A DNA stretch of 64,000 bases from NCBI GenBank assembly GCA_035509435.1, contig DATJLR010000002.1, forward strand, positions 133,774-197,773, written 5' to 3'. The notes under the pieces were generated by a model. That model saw nothing but the letters and a program-made list of their open reading frames with translations, ran no database searches and was not told the origin of the DNA. The translations under genes and the position numbers were made by a program. Position 1 is the stretch's first letter. Each line of letters starts with the position of its first letter. Positions 36,307-46,005 of this stretch are shown here, in pieces. The stretch comes from Minisyncoccota bacterium (lineage in GTDB: Bacteria; Patescibacteriota; Minisyncoccia; UBA6257; 2-01-FULL-56-20).

Positions 36307-37803
36307 ATGAAGCGCATCACGCCAACAATAAAATTCAGCGGGGTGGTTTTATTTTCGATACTCTTGATCATCATGGTCTTTCCGCCGAGGGGTGGCGTAT
36401 CGATAAAAAAAGCAAACGCCGATTCTCTGGATGTTTATCCCGGGGACTGCTTGGGCGGATGGGAAGACCCTGCCAATGCGGTCGGGATCCCAGACGGAAA
36501 TTCCGCGGTGCTTGCCGATGCCCAATCCCAATTGTTCTGCGGATCGTTCGAGGGGAGCGATCAATCCCAACAGCCCCAGGCGGTCACTCTTTATTTTTCC
36601 TGGAGCATGACGTTCTCTGCGGTCGCGACGACAACAGAGAATCTGAATGGTGGGTCCGGTGAACAATCATGGTCCGGTGTCCTTGATGCAACTGATACGG
36701 CAACGGATGCGCCGACAAGCACGGCATCTTCTACTCCCGATTTCGCTCCGGCGATACCTTCCTCTTCCGACGCCATTCCTGTCTCTACCTCCACGCCCGC
36801 GCTGCCGCTCCCGCCTTCAACCACCTCCACGCCCGCGCAGGACGTTCCCGCTACGAGCACGTCCCTGCTGAAAGAAATATTCACCGACCCGCTTGCGTTT
36901 CTTGTGGAGCGGTCGTTTGCCGACTCGAGCGGGACGATAAGCGGGGAGAGCGACGCGGTGACGGCGGATAATTTTTTGGACGTGAGCTATTCGACCGATG
37001 GCGTGACATGGCAGGATCTTGGGGAGGTGGATGCCGATAACTGGCAAAATTTTTCCGCGACCATTCCCGTAAGCTCGTGGAACGACATCAATTCGTTGCA
37101 GGTAAAGCTGACCCCGCTTCTCACGGCCGATCCGCCGACGATATATCTGGACAGCATGTGGCTCGAGGTGGATTATAATCCTTCGATCTCCGATCTTATC
37201 CAGCAGGGTACCGATGCAACGTTGAACGCCTTAAGCGATATCGGCAATGCGGTTGACAATGCGATCTCTGACATCATACCGGGGAATACGACCGGCACGC
37301 AGCCGGAGGATATTGCGACCGTAACCACATCGTCGCAGCCGCAAAGCCAGACTCCGCCATCGCCGCCCGTCCACCGCTATTCGTTCCAAACAGGCAGCGG
37401 ATTATCGATGGATCCCAAGGATCTGGCCTGGGTGCCCGCGCAGGAGGTTGGGAATTACGACGCAAGCGCCACTGCCTCCGGCCAGGGGCAACTGCCGACC
37501 GTTACCGTCGTCGGCGAGAATTCTCTCCGGGTGGCGGGAACATGCTCGGAGACCTATTACACCATATTGCTTTTTATGAATGTGAATGACTATAAGACGA
37601 ACCCCGCGGCGGCGCTTTTCAATGAAGCCCAGCCGTGCGTCAATGGCAGCTTTGCGCAGACGATAGCGGATTCGGATCTTCCACCCCAATTGGCCTCCGG
37701 CACATATTATCTTGTGGTCGCCAACCAGCCGGCGAAGGGTCCATGGCAGCCGTTCCCGCAGATCTATCCTGTCACGATCGGGAATGCGTCATCATCACAA
37801 TGA
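36307..37803 (+). CDS. secreted Ser/Thr/Pro-rich hypothetical protein
   Basis: Signal/TM segment MKRITPTIKFSGVVLFSILLIIMVF, long S/T/P linker; no family. Confidence 0.5.
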   Translation: MKRITPTIKFSGVVLFSILLIIMVFPPRGGVSIKKANADSLDVYPGDCLGGWEDPANAVGIPDGNSAVLADAQSQLFCGSFEGSDQSQQPQAVTLYFSWSMTFSAVATTTENLNGGSGEQSWSGVLDATDTATDAPTSTASSTPDFAPAIPSSSDAIPVSTSTPALPLPPSTTSTPAQDVPATSTSLLKEIFTDPLAFLVERSFADSSGTISGESDAVTADNFLDVSYSTDGVTWQDLGEVDADNWQNFSATIPVSSWNDINSLQVKLTPLLTADPPTIYLDSMWLEVDYNPSISDLIQQGTDATLNALSDIGNAVDNAISDIIPGNTTGTQPEDIATVTTSSQPQSQTPPSPPVHRYSFQTGSGLSMDPKDLAWVPAQEVGNYDASATASGQGQLPTVTVVGENSLRVAGTCSETYYTILLFMNVNDYKTNPAAALFNEAQPCVNGSFAQTIADSDLPPQLASGTYYLVVANQPAKGPWQPFPQIYPVTIGNASSSQ

Positions 37804-38432
37804 TCACATCGCGGTCGCTGCACAAAAGCAACATCGTGTTCGTGTTCAAGGAGCATACCGTTGCGCCGCCGGAGAACGCCGACATGGTGGGCCTCTACGC
37901 GGGCGAGGCCGGCAGGGGAGCCCAGCTCGTTGACGACCCGATGATGCGTATGAAAGTGCTCGATGTTCCCGCGCGCGGCCTGCAGGTCGCATGGGAGGCC
38001 CGTCGGCTACGCGTGGAAGATATGCGCGCCTCGGATCCGGAAGAGGCGGAGCTTGCCGATGACGCGGTGATGATATATGAAACGATTGTTGCGCCGCGGA
38101 AGATAGTGCTTGACTCGTTCGGCTTCAATTTTGAGACGTACTACCAGACGAAGGACGTCATCCGCATCCAGGACCACTTCAACGAGCTGTCCGCAACGCC
38201 GCTTGCGATCGGCGACGCGGTGATGGATTTTGGATGGCAGTGGACCGTTGCCGCAAAGGACGGAAAAATGCTGCGCGGATATTTTTTGAAGGTCACGGCG
38301 CCGCTCGAGTTCACGATGCACCATAACGCGCACTTTTCCGCGAAGGCGTTGCCGCCAAAAAAGGACATCAAGGATATGTTCCGCAGCGCGTACCTGGCGA
38401 TGCACTCCGTTGCTGACGGGTTGCGGTTATAA
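37800..38432 (+). CDS. hypothetical protein
   Basis: ATGA overlap with the upstream stop; 210 aa, no motif recognised. Confidence 0.5.
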   Translation: MITSRSLHKSNIVFVFKEHTVAPPENADMVGLYAGEAGRGAQLVDDPMMRMKVLDVPARGLQVAWEARRLRVEDMRASDPEEAELADDAVMIYETIVAPRKIVLDSFGFNFETYYQTKDVIRIQDHFNELSATPLAIGDAVMDFGWQWTVAAKDGKMLRGYFLKVTAPLEFTMHHNAHFSAKALPPKKDIKDMFRSAYLAMHSVADGLRL

Positions 38433-38450
38433 TCATACCAACCACGCGCC

Positions 38451-39995
38451 ATGAGCATATCCATAGATCCAAAGAAAGGGGTGCGGCTGAAGACGGTGCG
38501 CAGGCACAGCTTTGGAGTAGCGGCCGTGATCATCGCGCTTGAAGCGGTATTTTCGCTGCTCCTCTATATGTCCCTTGCCGAACGCGTTTTCGTGGTGAAT
38601 CCGGTTTCTGCAACGGCTGGCGTTCCCGAGCTTGTGTCATACCAGGGAATGCTGACCGACACGTCGGGGAATCCCCTGGGAGGCGCGGGTTCCGTGTATT
38701 GTTTCCGCTACTCCATCTGGGATGCTGCGACGAGCGGGAACCAGCTGTGGCCGAGCGGCACGCCGGGCAATTCAACGACGACCGTGATCGACGGCGTGTT
38801 CAGCGACGAGATCGGCCGCGTGGACAGTCTTTCGCCGCTCGACTTTGAATCCACCTCCACGTATTACTTGCAGGTGCAGGTGAGCACGTCGTCTCTTACC
38901 TGCGCGACGGGGCTCGAGACGCTCTCGCCGCGCCAGCAGATCACGAGCGACGCCTGGTCGCAGACCGCGCAGGGCGTGTACGGGTCGCAGCTCCGCACGT
39001 TCAGCTCGAACAACACCGTGCAGATCGGCACCGGCGGCGGCGTGGCGTCCGGCAGCCAGACGCTCCTTTCGCTCGACGTCGTGAACACCGGCGAGTCGAT
39101 CGGCGGCTCGTGCACCACGAACGGCACGCTCTGGTACGATTCGAACCTCAAGCGCGCGCTCGTCTGCGAACAGAACCTCATCGTCCCGATCTCCGAAAGC
39201 GAGACGCTCATAGGGAACGGCATTACGGGCACGAGTACCATCGTAAATCCGGTATGGGCCGCGGATTCGAACATCACTTTCAGCACGAACGGCAACACGA
39301 TCAGCATCGAAGGTGCCGGCGGTGCAGGCGGCACGTTGCCGACGTTTCTTACCTATAACAACCGGCAGCTTGGAGCGTCGTCCGCGTTTGCGATCGTCAA
39401 CAATAGTGTGTGGGTAACGCCATTCAGGGTAAACGGGGGAAATGTTTCCGCAAGCACGCTCCTCATGATGGAATCATTTGCCACGAACGCCTCTTTGACG
39501 AGCAGCAATACCTCGACGTGGGGACAGACGCTCCGGTGGGGAATGTATTCGAATCCTGACAGCAATTCGACGGAAATGGACCTCTATGCTACGGGAAGTG
39601 TCCTGTTGCAGATATCGCATAGCAGTAACACTTCTTATATCGTCAACTATAATGGAGCGACGACAGGAAGCGCAAACTCCGGCCTTATCAACTCGTATGT
39701 GAGCGGAGTGAGGATGGTGACATTCCCATATGGATCGTCAATAACTCCGGGTCTTTATGCATTCGGTTATGTTGTCAGTACGGCAGGTTCCGCAATCATG
39801 GGAAGTGCGGCGCCGGTATTCGATAATCCCCTCAACGCTACTGTAGGGTATCTGCCGGGTGTTGCGACGGCATCCGCCGGTTATGGGGATGCGGGCACCA
39901 TCGGCACGTCCACTTCCATGCCCGCAACATTCGCGCTTACGAATGTGGGTCAGGTGAGCAACCGCGTGCCATATGTTAAGATGGGAGACCTGTAA
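38451..39995 (+). CDS. membrane-anchored Ser/Thr/Asn/Gly-rich surface protein
   Basis: N-terminal TM (FGVAAVIIALEAVFSLLLY), 514 aa of low-complexity beta-rich sequence. Confidence 0.5.
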   Translation: MSISIDPKKGVRLKTVRRHSFGVAAVIIALEAVFSLLLYMSLAERVFVVNPVSATAGVPELVSYQGMLTDTSGNPLGGAGSVYCFRYSIWDAATSGNQLWPSGTPGNSTTTVIDGVFSDEIGRVDSLSPLDFESTSTYYLQVQVSTSSLTCATGLETLSPRQQITSDAWSQTAQGVYGSQLRTFSSNNTVQIGTGGGVASGSQTLLSLDVVNTGESIGGSCTTNGTLWYDSNLKRALVCEQNLIVPISESETLIGNGITGTSTIVNPVWAADSNITFSTNGNTISIEGAGGAGGTLPTFLTYNNRQLGASSAFAIVNNSVWVTPFRVNGGNVSASTLLMMESFATNASLTSSNTSTWGQTLRWGMYSNPDSNSTEMDLYATGSVLLQISHSSNTSYIVNYNGATTGSANSGLINSYVSGVRMVTFPYGSSITPGLYAFGYVVSTAGSAIMGSAAPVFDNPLNATVGYLPGVATASAGYGDAGTIGTSTSMPATFALTNVGQVSNRVPYVKMGDL

Positions 39996-39998
39996 CCA

Positions 39999-40733
39999 AT
40001 GGACAGGCCAACGCCCCAAATAGTCATACCAAGTTACGAAGGCTCCAACAATGCGAACCTCGACGCGTCCGTCGCGCGCCTCGAAACTTCAAAGTCGTAT
40101 CGCGACCTTTCTACGGTCATCATCTGCCCCACGCGCGGCGCGGTCGCCGCGAAAGTGGTGCAGAGCTGGATGAGCCTCATGAAACCGATGAACCAAAAAG
40201 TGCTCGGGCCGCTCTTCGCGATCGGTATGGAAGTAGGGGAGGCATACGACGAGATGATAAACGTCATCCTTGCGAACCCCGTGCTCTCCACATGGAAATA
40301 TATTCTGACGATCGAGGAGGACAATATGCCTCCACCGGACGGCTTGCTCAAGTTGTACGAGGACATGGACGAGTACGACGTCGTCGGCGGCTTGTATTGG
40401 ACAAAAGGCGAAGGCGGCCAGCCGATGATCTACGGCGACCCGAACGGCGAGCCGAACAATTTCATTCCTCAAGTTCCGGTGAAGGATGGCCTGCAGCGGG
40501 CGAACGGCCTTGGGATGGGATTCAATCTTTTCAAAATGGAGATATTCAAGGACGAGCGGATTCCCCGGCCATGGTTCAAGACGTTGCAGGAATTCGACTC
40601 CCAAAAAGGCGGCGCGGCGGCCACGCAAGACCTCTATTTCTATCGGAATGCCGGTCCGCTCGGCTATAAATTCGCCTGTGACACGCGCGTGAAGGTCGGC
40701 CACTATGATGCAGCGATGGATATTGTGTGGTAG
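39999..40733 (+). CDS. putative glycosyltransferase (GT-A-like)
   Basis: VIICPTRG start, acidic EEDN motif, C-terminal YFYRNAG..CDTRVKVGH; assignment tentative. Confidence 0.35.
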   Translation: MDRPTPQIVIPSYEGSNNANLDASVARLETSKSYRDLSTVIICPTRGAVAAKVVQSWMSLMKPMNQKVLGPLFAIGMEVGEAYDEMINVILANPVLSTWKYILTIEEDNMPPPDGLLKLYEDMDEYDVVGGLYWTKGEGGQPMIYGDPNGEPNNFIPQVPVKDGLQRANGLGMGFNLFKMEIFKDERIPRPWFKTLQEFDSQKGGAAATQDLYFYRNAGPLGYKFACDTRVKVGHYDAAMDIVW

Positions 40734-40763
40734 GGCGATATAAAGGATATAATAGATGAAACT

Positions 40764-41273
40764 ATGAAGCTCGACATCGCATGCGGCCAGCGCAAACAAA
40801 AAGGGTTCAAGGGCGTGGACATCGTTCCGGGGCCGGACGTCGATTTCGTGTGGGATTTGGAAAAATATCCGTGGGAGCCGTTCAAGGACCATTCCGTGAA
40901 CGAGGTGTACATCGCGCACTATGCGGAACACACGAATGACCTTATAAAATTCATGGATGAGGTGTGGCGCATCTGCGAGAACGATGCGAAGGTGACGATC
41001 GTGGCGCCCTACTACACGTCGCTTACGGCGTGGGCGGACCCGACGCACAAGCGCGTGCTCACGGAGATGACGTGGGCGTATTTCAGCAAAGGGTGGCGGG
41101 AACGGGAGAAGCTGGACCATTACCCGACGAAGTGCGACTTTGCCGTCGGCAATCCGGTCGTGTTCTTCAATTCGCCGTGGGACAAAAAGTCCGAGGAGGC
41201 GCGGCAATTCGCCCAGCGGCACTATTGGAATGTCATTTCGGAAATGGTCGTCGAGCTGAAGGCGATCAAATGA
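40764..41273 (+). CDS. class I SAM-dependent methyltransferase
   Basis: Motif I LDIACGQRKQKGFKGVD and small MTase fold length. Confidence 0.6.
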   Translation: MKLDIACGQRKQKGFKGVDIVPGPDVDFVWDLEKYPWEPFKDHSVNEVYIAHYAEHTNDLIKFMDEVWRICENDAKVTIVAPYYTSLTAWADPTHKRVLTEMTWAYFSKGWREREKLDHYPTKCDFAVGNPVVFFNSPWDKKSEEARQFAQRHYWNVISEMVVELKAIK

Positions 41274-41286
41274 TGGCGGCGCGACG

Positions 41287-41814
41287 ATGAAGCTTCCGAA
41301 GGAATTCCGCAAACGGGAATATCGCGTGCTCGCGCTCGCCATAGCATTTTTTGCGCTTGGATCGTTCTTTTTCTTCGCGGATCGGTCGTATGTGCCGCAA
41401 GAAAAAACAGCGGCGGGAACCGCTGCTGAAGTCGTTGCCCCTTCCGCAGATGGCGCCCCCATAAGCCCCGCCGAGGGATCCGCATCGCTCAATCCTCAGT
41501 TCTCGGATTACCCGGCTCCCTCCCGATTCCGCACGTTCGCGTTCGCCAACGGAAAGATCGATGACGGCGTGTCGCTTACGGTGACCTCCACCTGCGCCGA
41601 TGCGTACGTGGCGGTGCTTGTATTTCCCGCCTCGGTGGATTACCGGGCGGATATCGATCGCGAGATTTATGACAGCGCCTTTCCGTGCGTTACCACCGGC
41701 GATGTCGCGAGCACGACCATCATTGCGGGCGACCTTGGGAACGCCCCTTCCGGCACATATTATTATTTTACCGCCGATCAGGGGGCGAGCGGCGTATGGT
41801 ATAATCCAAAATAA
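41287..41814 (+). CDS. hypothetical membrane-anchored protein
   Basis: N-terminal TM; 2 Cys pairs. Confidence 0.45.
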   Translation: MKLPKEFRKREYRVLALAIAFFALGSFFFFADRSYVPQEKTAAGTAAEVVAPSADGAPISPAEGSASLNPQFSDYPAPSRFRTFAFANGKIDDGVSLTVTSTCADAYVAVLVFPASVDYRADIDREIYDSAFPCVTTGDVASTTIIAGDLGNAPSGTYYYFTADQGASGVWYNPK

Positions 41815-41816
41815 GC

Positions 41817-42245
41817 ATGGCAATACATGAAGAGGGCGGCTCACGGTGGGGGATCGTTCTCGCGGTCGTCGTCGCGTTGATCGTGGCCGTTCTCATTTTT
41901 TTTGAATTTGATGACGCCTTATCGTGGATGGCGTTCAATGATCCGTTCCAGACGAACTGGGCCGCTGTTCAGCTTGTGGATGGCGAAATGCTGTATGGCC
42001 ATCTCGCGGGCGTATCAGGATCCGTGCTCGGCCTTAAGGATGTGTATCTTCTTGATAAAGTAACGGAGCAGGAAGCCCCACAGGCTTCTTCCACCGACTT
42101 TACTCTGGGCGGAACACCGACGCCGCAAGCGGGACAGGCGCTTGTTCCCGTGAGCTATACCGGCCAGCTGTTCATCGAACGCTCGGCGGTGCTCTACTTC
42201 AAGTTCGTCGCCCCCGGCGATCCCGCGCTCCAATACCTGCGATAG
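41817..42245 (+). CDS. hypothetical membrane-anchored protein
   Basis: N-terminal TM; abuts the previous gene. Confidence 0.45.
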   Translation: MAIHEEGGSRWGIVLAVVVALIVAVLIFFEFDDALSWMAFNDPFQTNWAAVQLVDGEMLYGHLAGVSGSVLGLKDVYLLDKVTEQEAPQASSTDFTLGGTPTPQAGQALVPVSYTGQLFIERSAVLYFKFVAPGDPALQYLR

Positions 42246-42269
42246 GGTAATATAAAACCTATTTTTACC

Positions 42270-44315
42270 ATGAGATCCCGCGTGACGTGTCGCTCCGCCT
42301 TTGGGTGGGGCATTATCGTGGTCGCCACTCTTGTCGGGTCCATTTTATTCGTTCCAAGGGCCTCGGCAGCCGTAACATTCGTCCAGGCGGCAACATCTAC
42401 CGGGAACGCGAATGCGGTATCCAGCACTTTCTCTTCCGCTGTGACGGCGGGAGATACGCTCGTCGTGTTCGCGCAGTGGGGCGATAATACATCGACCCCT
42501 CCCGCGATCTCAAGCATCACCGATACGCGGGGGAATCATTTTGTCGTCGTGACGAGCACGAAGGCCATGCAGATCAGCCCTCCGGATTATTTAACGAGGG
42601 ATATCGCAGAAGAGCTGGCATACGCGACGGGAACTACCGGTGGCGCGGATACCGTGACGATCACCTATGCCGATCCCTCGACAGGCATCGGTTATATGTC
42701 TGTTATTGAAATTACGGCGAGCGTCCTTGACCTCACCTCCGAAGCGACAGGCACCTCGGCAGCGCCGTCCGCGGGAACCGTCACCACCCTGCAGAACGGC
42801 GAGTTCGGCGCGGCGAACTTTTTTCAGGATGACGGCGTCGGTAATCCAAGCAGCATCGGGCCGGGCACGGGATGGACGATGTTTCAGCAGACCGGCGGGG
42901 GGGCGGCGGATGAAGGAGGCGAGTACTGGGCGCAATCCACAGCGGGCGCCCTTACGGGCAATTTTACTTCATCAAATTCGGCACGATGGGCGGCGGGCAT
43001 GGCGGTGTTCGTGCCGCCGGGTTTGTCATCGGCGCCCTGCGATACGTTGCTCACGGATTTCTGCTCAACGGATTTTTTCGTCCGGGGACAGGTGGGAAGC
43101 GTGTTGGGGAATTCCAATTCCACCGATTTCAGTGTGCGATATAGCGCGCAGGTGCTGGCGCTGCCGTTGATGACGTCGGCTGATTTCGAGATAACCTCGG
43201 GCGTCCTTGTGCCGGTATTCAAAGCGGTAAAGCCCGCCTATACTGTTGCCCACTACCAATGGCGTAACGACAACGGCAGCGAGACCGGCGCGACGTCGGC
43301 TACCGGCGGCATTGAGGATTCCGCGCTTACGGGGCTTCAGCAGAGTACCAGCATCCGGCTGCGCATGGAGGTCACGAACTCCGGTGGCACGATCTTTTCC
43401 TATTCGCCGCAATCGTTGCAGCTGCAATATGGCACATTGAGCACGACATGCTCTGCCATATCGTCATGGACGGTGGTGGGCGCCGCTGGCTCAGTGTGGA
43501 GCATGTACAACTCCACGAACCTCACGAATGGCGCGAACACCACGAACATCGCCACTTCGACCGGTGGCGTCGCGGACGCGAACCATACTTTCATCGTTGC
43601 CAACGCCGGAGTGAGGACCACGACAAGCACGGTGGGCGCGATAGCGATCCCGAGCGATTCGTTCATCGAGACCGAATTTGACATTGAAGCGCTCACCAGC
43701 TCGACGCCGAACGGCACCTATTGTTTCCGCCTCACGAATGCCGGCTCTGCGACCAATTTCGTATATTCAAATTATCCGCAGGCTACCGTCGCCTCGGCGC
43801 AATCGATCACGCTTACCCTCAATACTTCCACCGTCACGCTTTCCGGCCTTGCTCCTGGAATCGCGGTGAGCGCGACGACGACGGCAACAGTGAATGTGAG
43901 CGGGGCCACTGACGGATATACCCTTGAGATACAGCGCAACTCTGCGACGTCCACTCTTGCATCGTCCAGCATCACATTCCCGGATTTCGTTTCGTGGAAA
44001 CCCACCAGCACTGTCTGCGCCCCGGGAATAGGAAATGCGGCCACCGCTACCGGCAATACGTTTTCGTTCCGCGTCGCTTCGTCGGGGACCACGGCGAGCT
44101 ATTGCACATTCTGGTGGGGTTCGAACGATTCGGCCGGCACGGCGATGTATGCCGGCATTCCGAGCACCACGCAACCTATCGTGTATTCCACATCGTCCGC
44201 CTCGCAGAACGGTACGACAACGATCTCCATCATCTATAGCGCCAATGCGCCATTAAGCCAGAAGGCGACAGGCTACACGGGAGGGGTTACGATCACCGCA
44301 CTCGCAAACCCGTGA
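42270..44315 (+). CDS. large secreted surface protein with C-terminal WxL-like domain
   Basis: Signal peptide, S/T/A-rich body; the last about 170 aa share a domain with the next gene (QRNSATST..ITFPD ... ANAP..Q.AT.YTG..TITA.A.P). Confidence 0.5.
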   Translation: MRSRVTCRSAFGWGIIVVATLVGSILFVPRASAAVTFVQAATSTGNANAVSSTFSSAVTAGDTLVVFAQWGDNTSTPPAISSITDTRGNHFVVVTSTKAMQISPPDYLTRDIAEELAYATGTTGGADTVTITYADPSTGIGYMSVIEITASVLDLTSEATGTSAAPSAGTVTTLQNGEFGAANFFQDDGVGNPSSIGPGTGWTMFQQTGGGAADEGGEYWAQSTAGALTGNFTSSNSARWAAGMAVFVPPGLSSAPCDTLLTDFCSTDFFVRGQVGSVLGNSNSTDFSVRYSAQVLALPLMTSADFEITSGVLVPVFKAVKPAYTVAHYQWRNDNGSETGATSATGGIEDSALTGLQQSTSIRLRMEVTNSGGTIFSYSPQSLQLQYGTLSTTCSAISSWTVVGAAGSVWSMYNSTNLTNGANTTNIATSTGGVADANHTFIVANAGVRTTTSTVGAIAIPSDSFIETEFDIEALTSSTPNGTYCFRLTNAGSATNFVYSNYPQATVASAQSITLTLNTSTVTLSGLAPGIAVSATTTATVNVSGATDGYTLEIQRNSATSTLASSSITFPDFVSWKPTSTVCAPGIGNAATATGNTFSFRVASSGTTASYCTFWWGSNDSAGTAMYAGIPSTTQPIVYSTSSASQNGTTTISIIYSANAPLSQKATGYTGGVTITALANP

Positions 44316-44390
44316 TCGATGAGGGAGGTCTGAAAGTTATCCACAGAACGGAACTTTTAAATAAAAGCAGTTGTGATATGATGAATTCAA

Positions 44391-45056
44391 ATGAAACATT
44401 TTTTGAGTGGAGCGTTCGGTAGAGCAGCCTCGCTTTTGATTGTATCAACCGTTATCGTTTTGGTTATGGGATTCGGAGTGGAAAACGGCGGTGGTATCCG
44501 ACAAGCTCAGGCTTCCACCTCGACATCGACCACGCAGACCATCAATGTGACAGTCAACCAGGTCATCACGCTTTCGCTTTCTGGAGCAAACCTTAACCTT
44601 CCAACGCTCACGCCGGGAACCGCTGTCATCGCGACATCAAGCGCCACGGTCACCACAAATGCCGTTTCGGGCTGGCAGCTCCAGGTCAATAGGAACAGCG
44701 CCACTTCCACGATAGCGTCGGGAACCATAACATTCCCCGACCAGACGGCGTTCACCGGCAATAACGCGACCTCGGCGGCCAATCTGGCAAACAGCGGCGC
44801 AAATCTTAGCTTCCGCGAATATCAAACCGGCACATCCGCAGGCGATTACAGTTCCGCAACGTGGGGCACTGCCGATACTGACCCGAGCGCATTTTATGCC
44901 GGCTTCCCGACATCAGCGGTAACGTATGCAAGCACGAGCACCTACACGGGTACCGCTCAGACGGTTGTCATGGAGGTTCGGGCGAACGCTCCAGCGACCC
45001 AACAGGCGACAACTTATACCGGAGCGATCACTATTACCGCCGTTGCGCTGCCATAA
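44391..45056 (+). CDS. secreted WxL-like domain protein
   Basis: 221 aa; SGWQLQVNRNSATSTIASGTITFPD ... TYTGAITITAVALP; resembles WxL cell-surface domains (tentative). Confidence 0.45.
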   Translation: MKHFLSGAFGRAASLLIVSTVIVLVMGFGVENGGGIRQAQASTSTSTTQTINVTVNQVITLSLSGANLNLPTLTPGTAVIATSSATVTTNAVSGWQLQVNRNSATSTIASGTITFPDQTAFTGNNATSAANLANSGANLSFREYQTGTSAGDYSSATWGTADTDPSAFYAGFPTSAVTYASTSTYTGTAQTVVMEVRANAPATQQATTYTGAITITAVALP

Positions 45057-45084
45057 GGGCGCCGTCGGTGTTTAAATTGAAAGT

Positions 45085-45993
45085 ATGAAAAAGAACATCG
45101 CCGTCATTTCGTTGGCCTCTCTTGCGGTTTTAGGCGCCGCTTTTTTGTTCCCTTCAACGAGCCACGCGCAGGTGGGCATTTCTCTTTTTCCGATAAAATT
45201 TGACGTTACCGTTGCGCCAGGGCAAACCTATTCTGACACTGTTACCGTCATCAATCCAAACGATTTCCCGATCGGCGTCCAGCCCGAGGTAGAGAATATT
45301 GCGGGCGGCAACCAGGGATCCATTGATCTTACCGATACGGACATCCCACATGGGCTTTCAGCATGGATCTCGCTCAACATGAGCGAGTTCACGCTTGCGC
45401 CGCAGGAGCAGCTTCAGGTGCCGTTCACAATAACCGTTCCGGCGAACGGAGAGCCGGGCGGCCATTATGGTGCGATCCTTTTCCGCGGTCTTTCCGCTAC
45501 ATCCACCGCGAGTTCGAGCGGTGTCGGCATATCCGGCCGCGTGGGAACGGTAATTCTTCTTAATGTCCCGGGAGATTCTTATGCAACGGGCGATATTGCG
45601 AGCTTCGCCGGGCCTGCCTCGTACGTTTCCCATGGCCCGTTCAACTTCTCTTTTACCGTCAATAATACCGGCAATACCCATTTCACTCCGCAGGGGCAGA
45701 TCACGTTGAGCGGTCCGCTTTTTGGAAGCACGGCTATTCCGTTCACGCCAGGCATTGTCTTTCCGGGTTATGACCGAACCTTTACCGCAAGCTGGCCTGG
45801 CCGTTATGCGTTCGGGCCCATGACCGCTACGCTGTCACTTACCATACCCGATGATACGAGCACGATAACCCAGACGATAACATTCTTTGCCTTCCCGTGG
45901 CAGGAAACGCTCGTTATAGTGGTCGTACTTATTGTTCTCTATATCATTTTCAGGACCTGGAGGAAGAACTTCAAAATAGTGAGGGTAAAGTGA
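45085..45993 (+). CDS. DUF916/DUF3324-like cell-surface protein with C-terminal TM anchor
   Basis: Signal peptide, ISLFPIKFDVTVAPGQTYSD start typical of the DUF916 Ig-like domain, C-terminal TM plus RTWRK stop-transfer. Confidence 0.45.
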   Translation: MKKNIAVISLASLAVLGAAFLFPSTSHAQVGISLFPIKFDVTVAPGQTYSDTVTVINPNDFPIGVQPEVENIAGGNQGSIDLTDTDIPHGLSAWISLNMSEFTLAPQEQLQVPFTITVPANGEPGGHYGAILFRGLSATSTASSSGVGISGRVGTVILLNVPGDSYATGDIASFAGPASYVSHGPFNFSFTVNNTGNTHFTPQGQITLSGPLFGSTAIPFTPGIVFPGYDRTFTASWPGRYAFGPMTATLSLTIPDDTSTITQTITFFAFPWQETLVIVVVLIVLYIIFRTWRKNFKIVRVK

Positions 45994-46005
45994 TACCCTG
46001 AGAAG

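Noticed and set aside
40089-41492. 467-aa minus-strand ORF
   Set aside because: Antisense to the glycosyltransferase, methyltransferase and membrane-protein genes.
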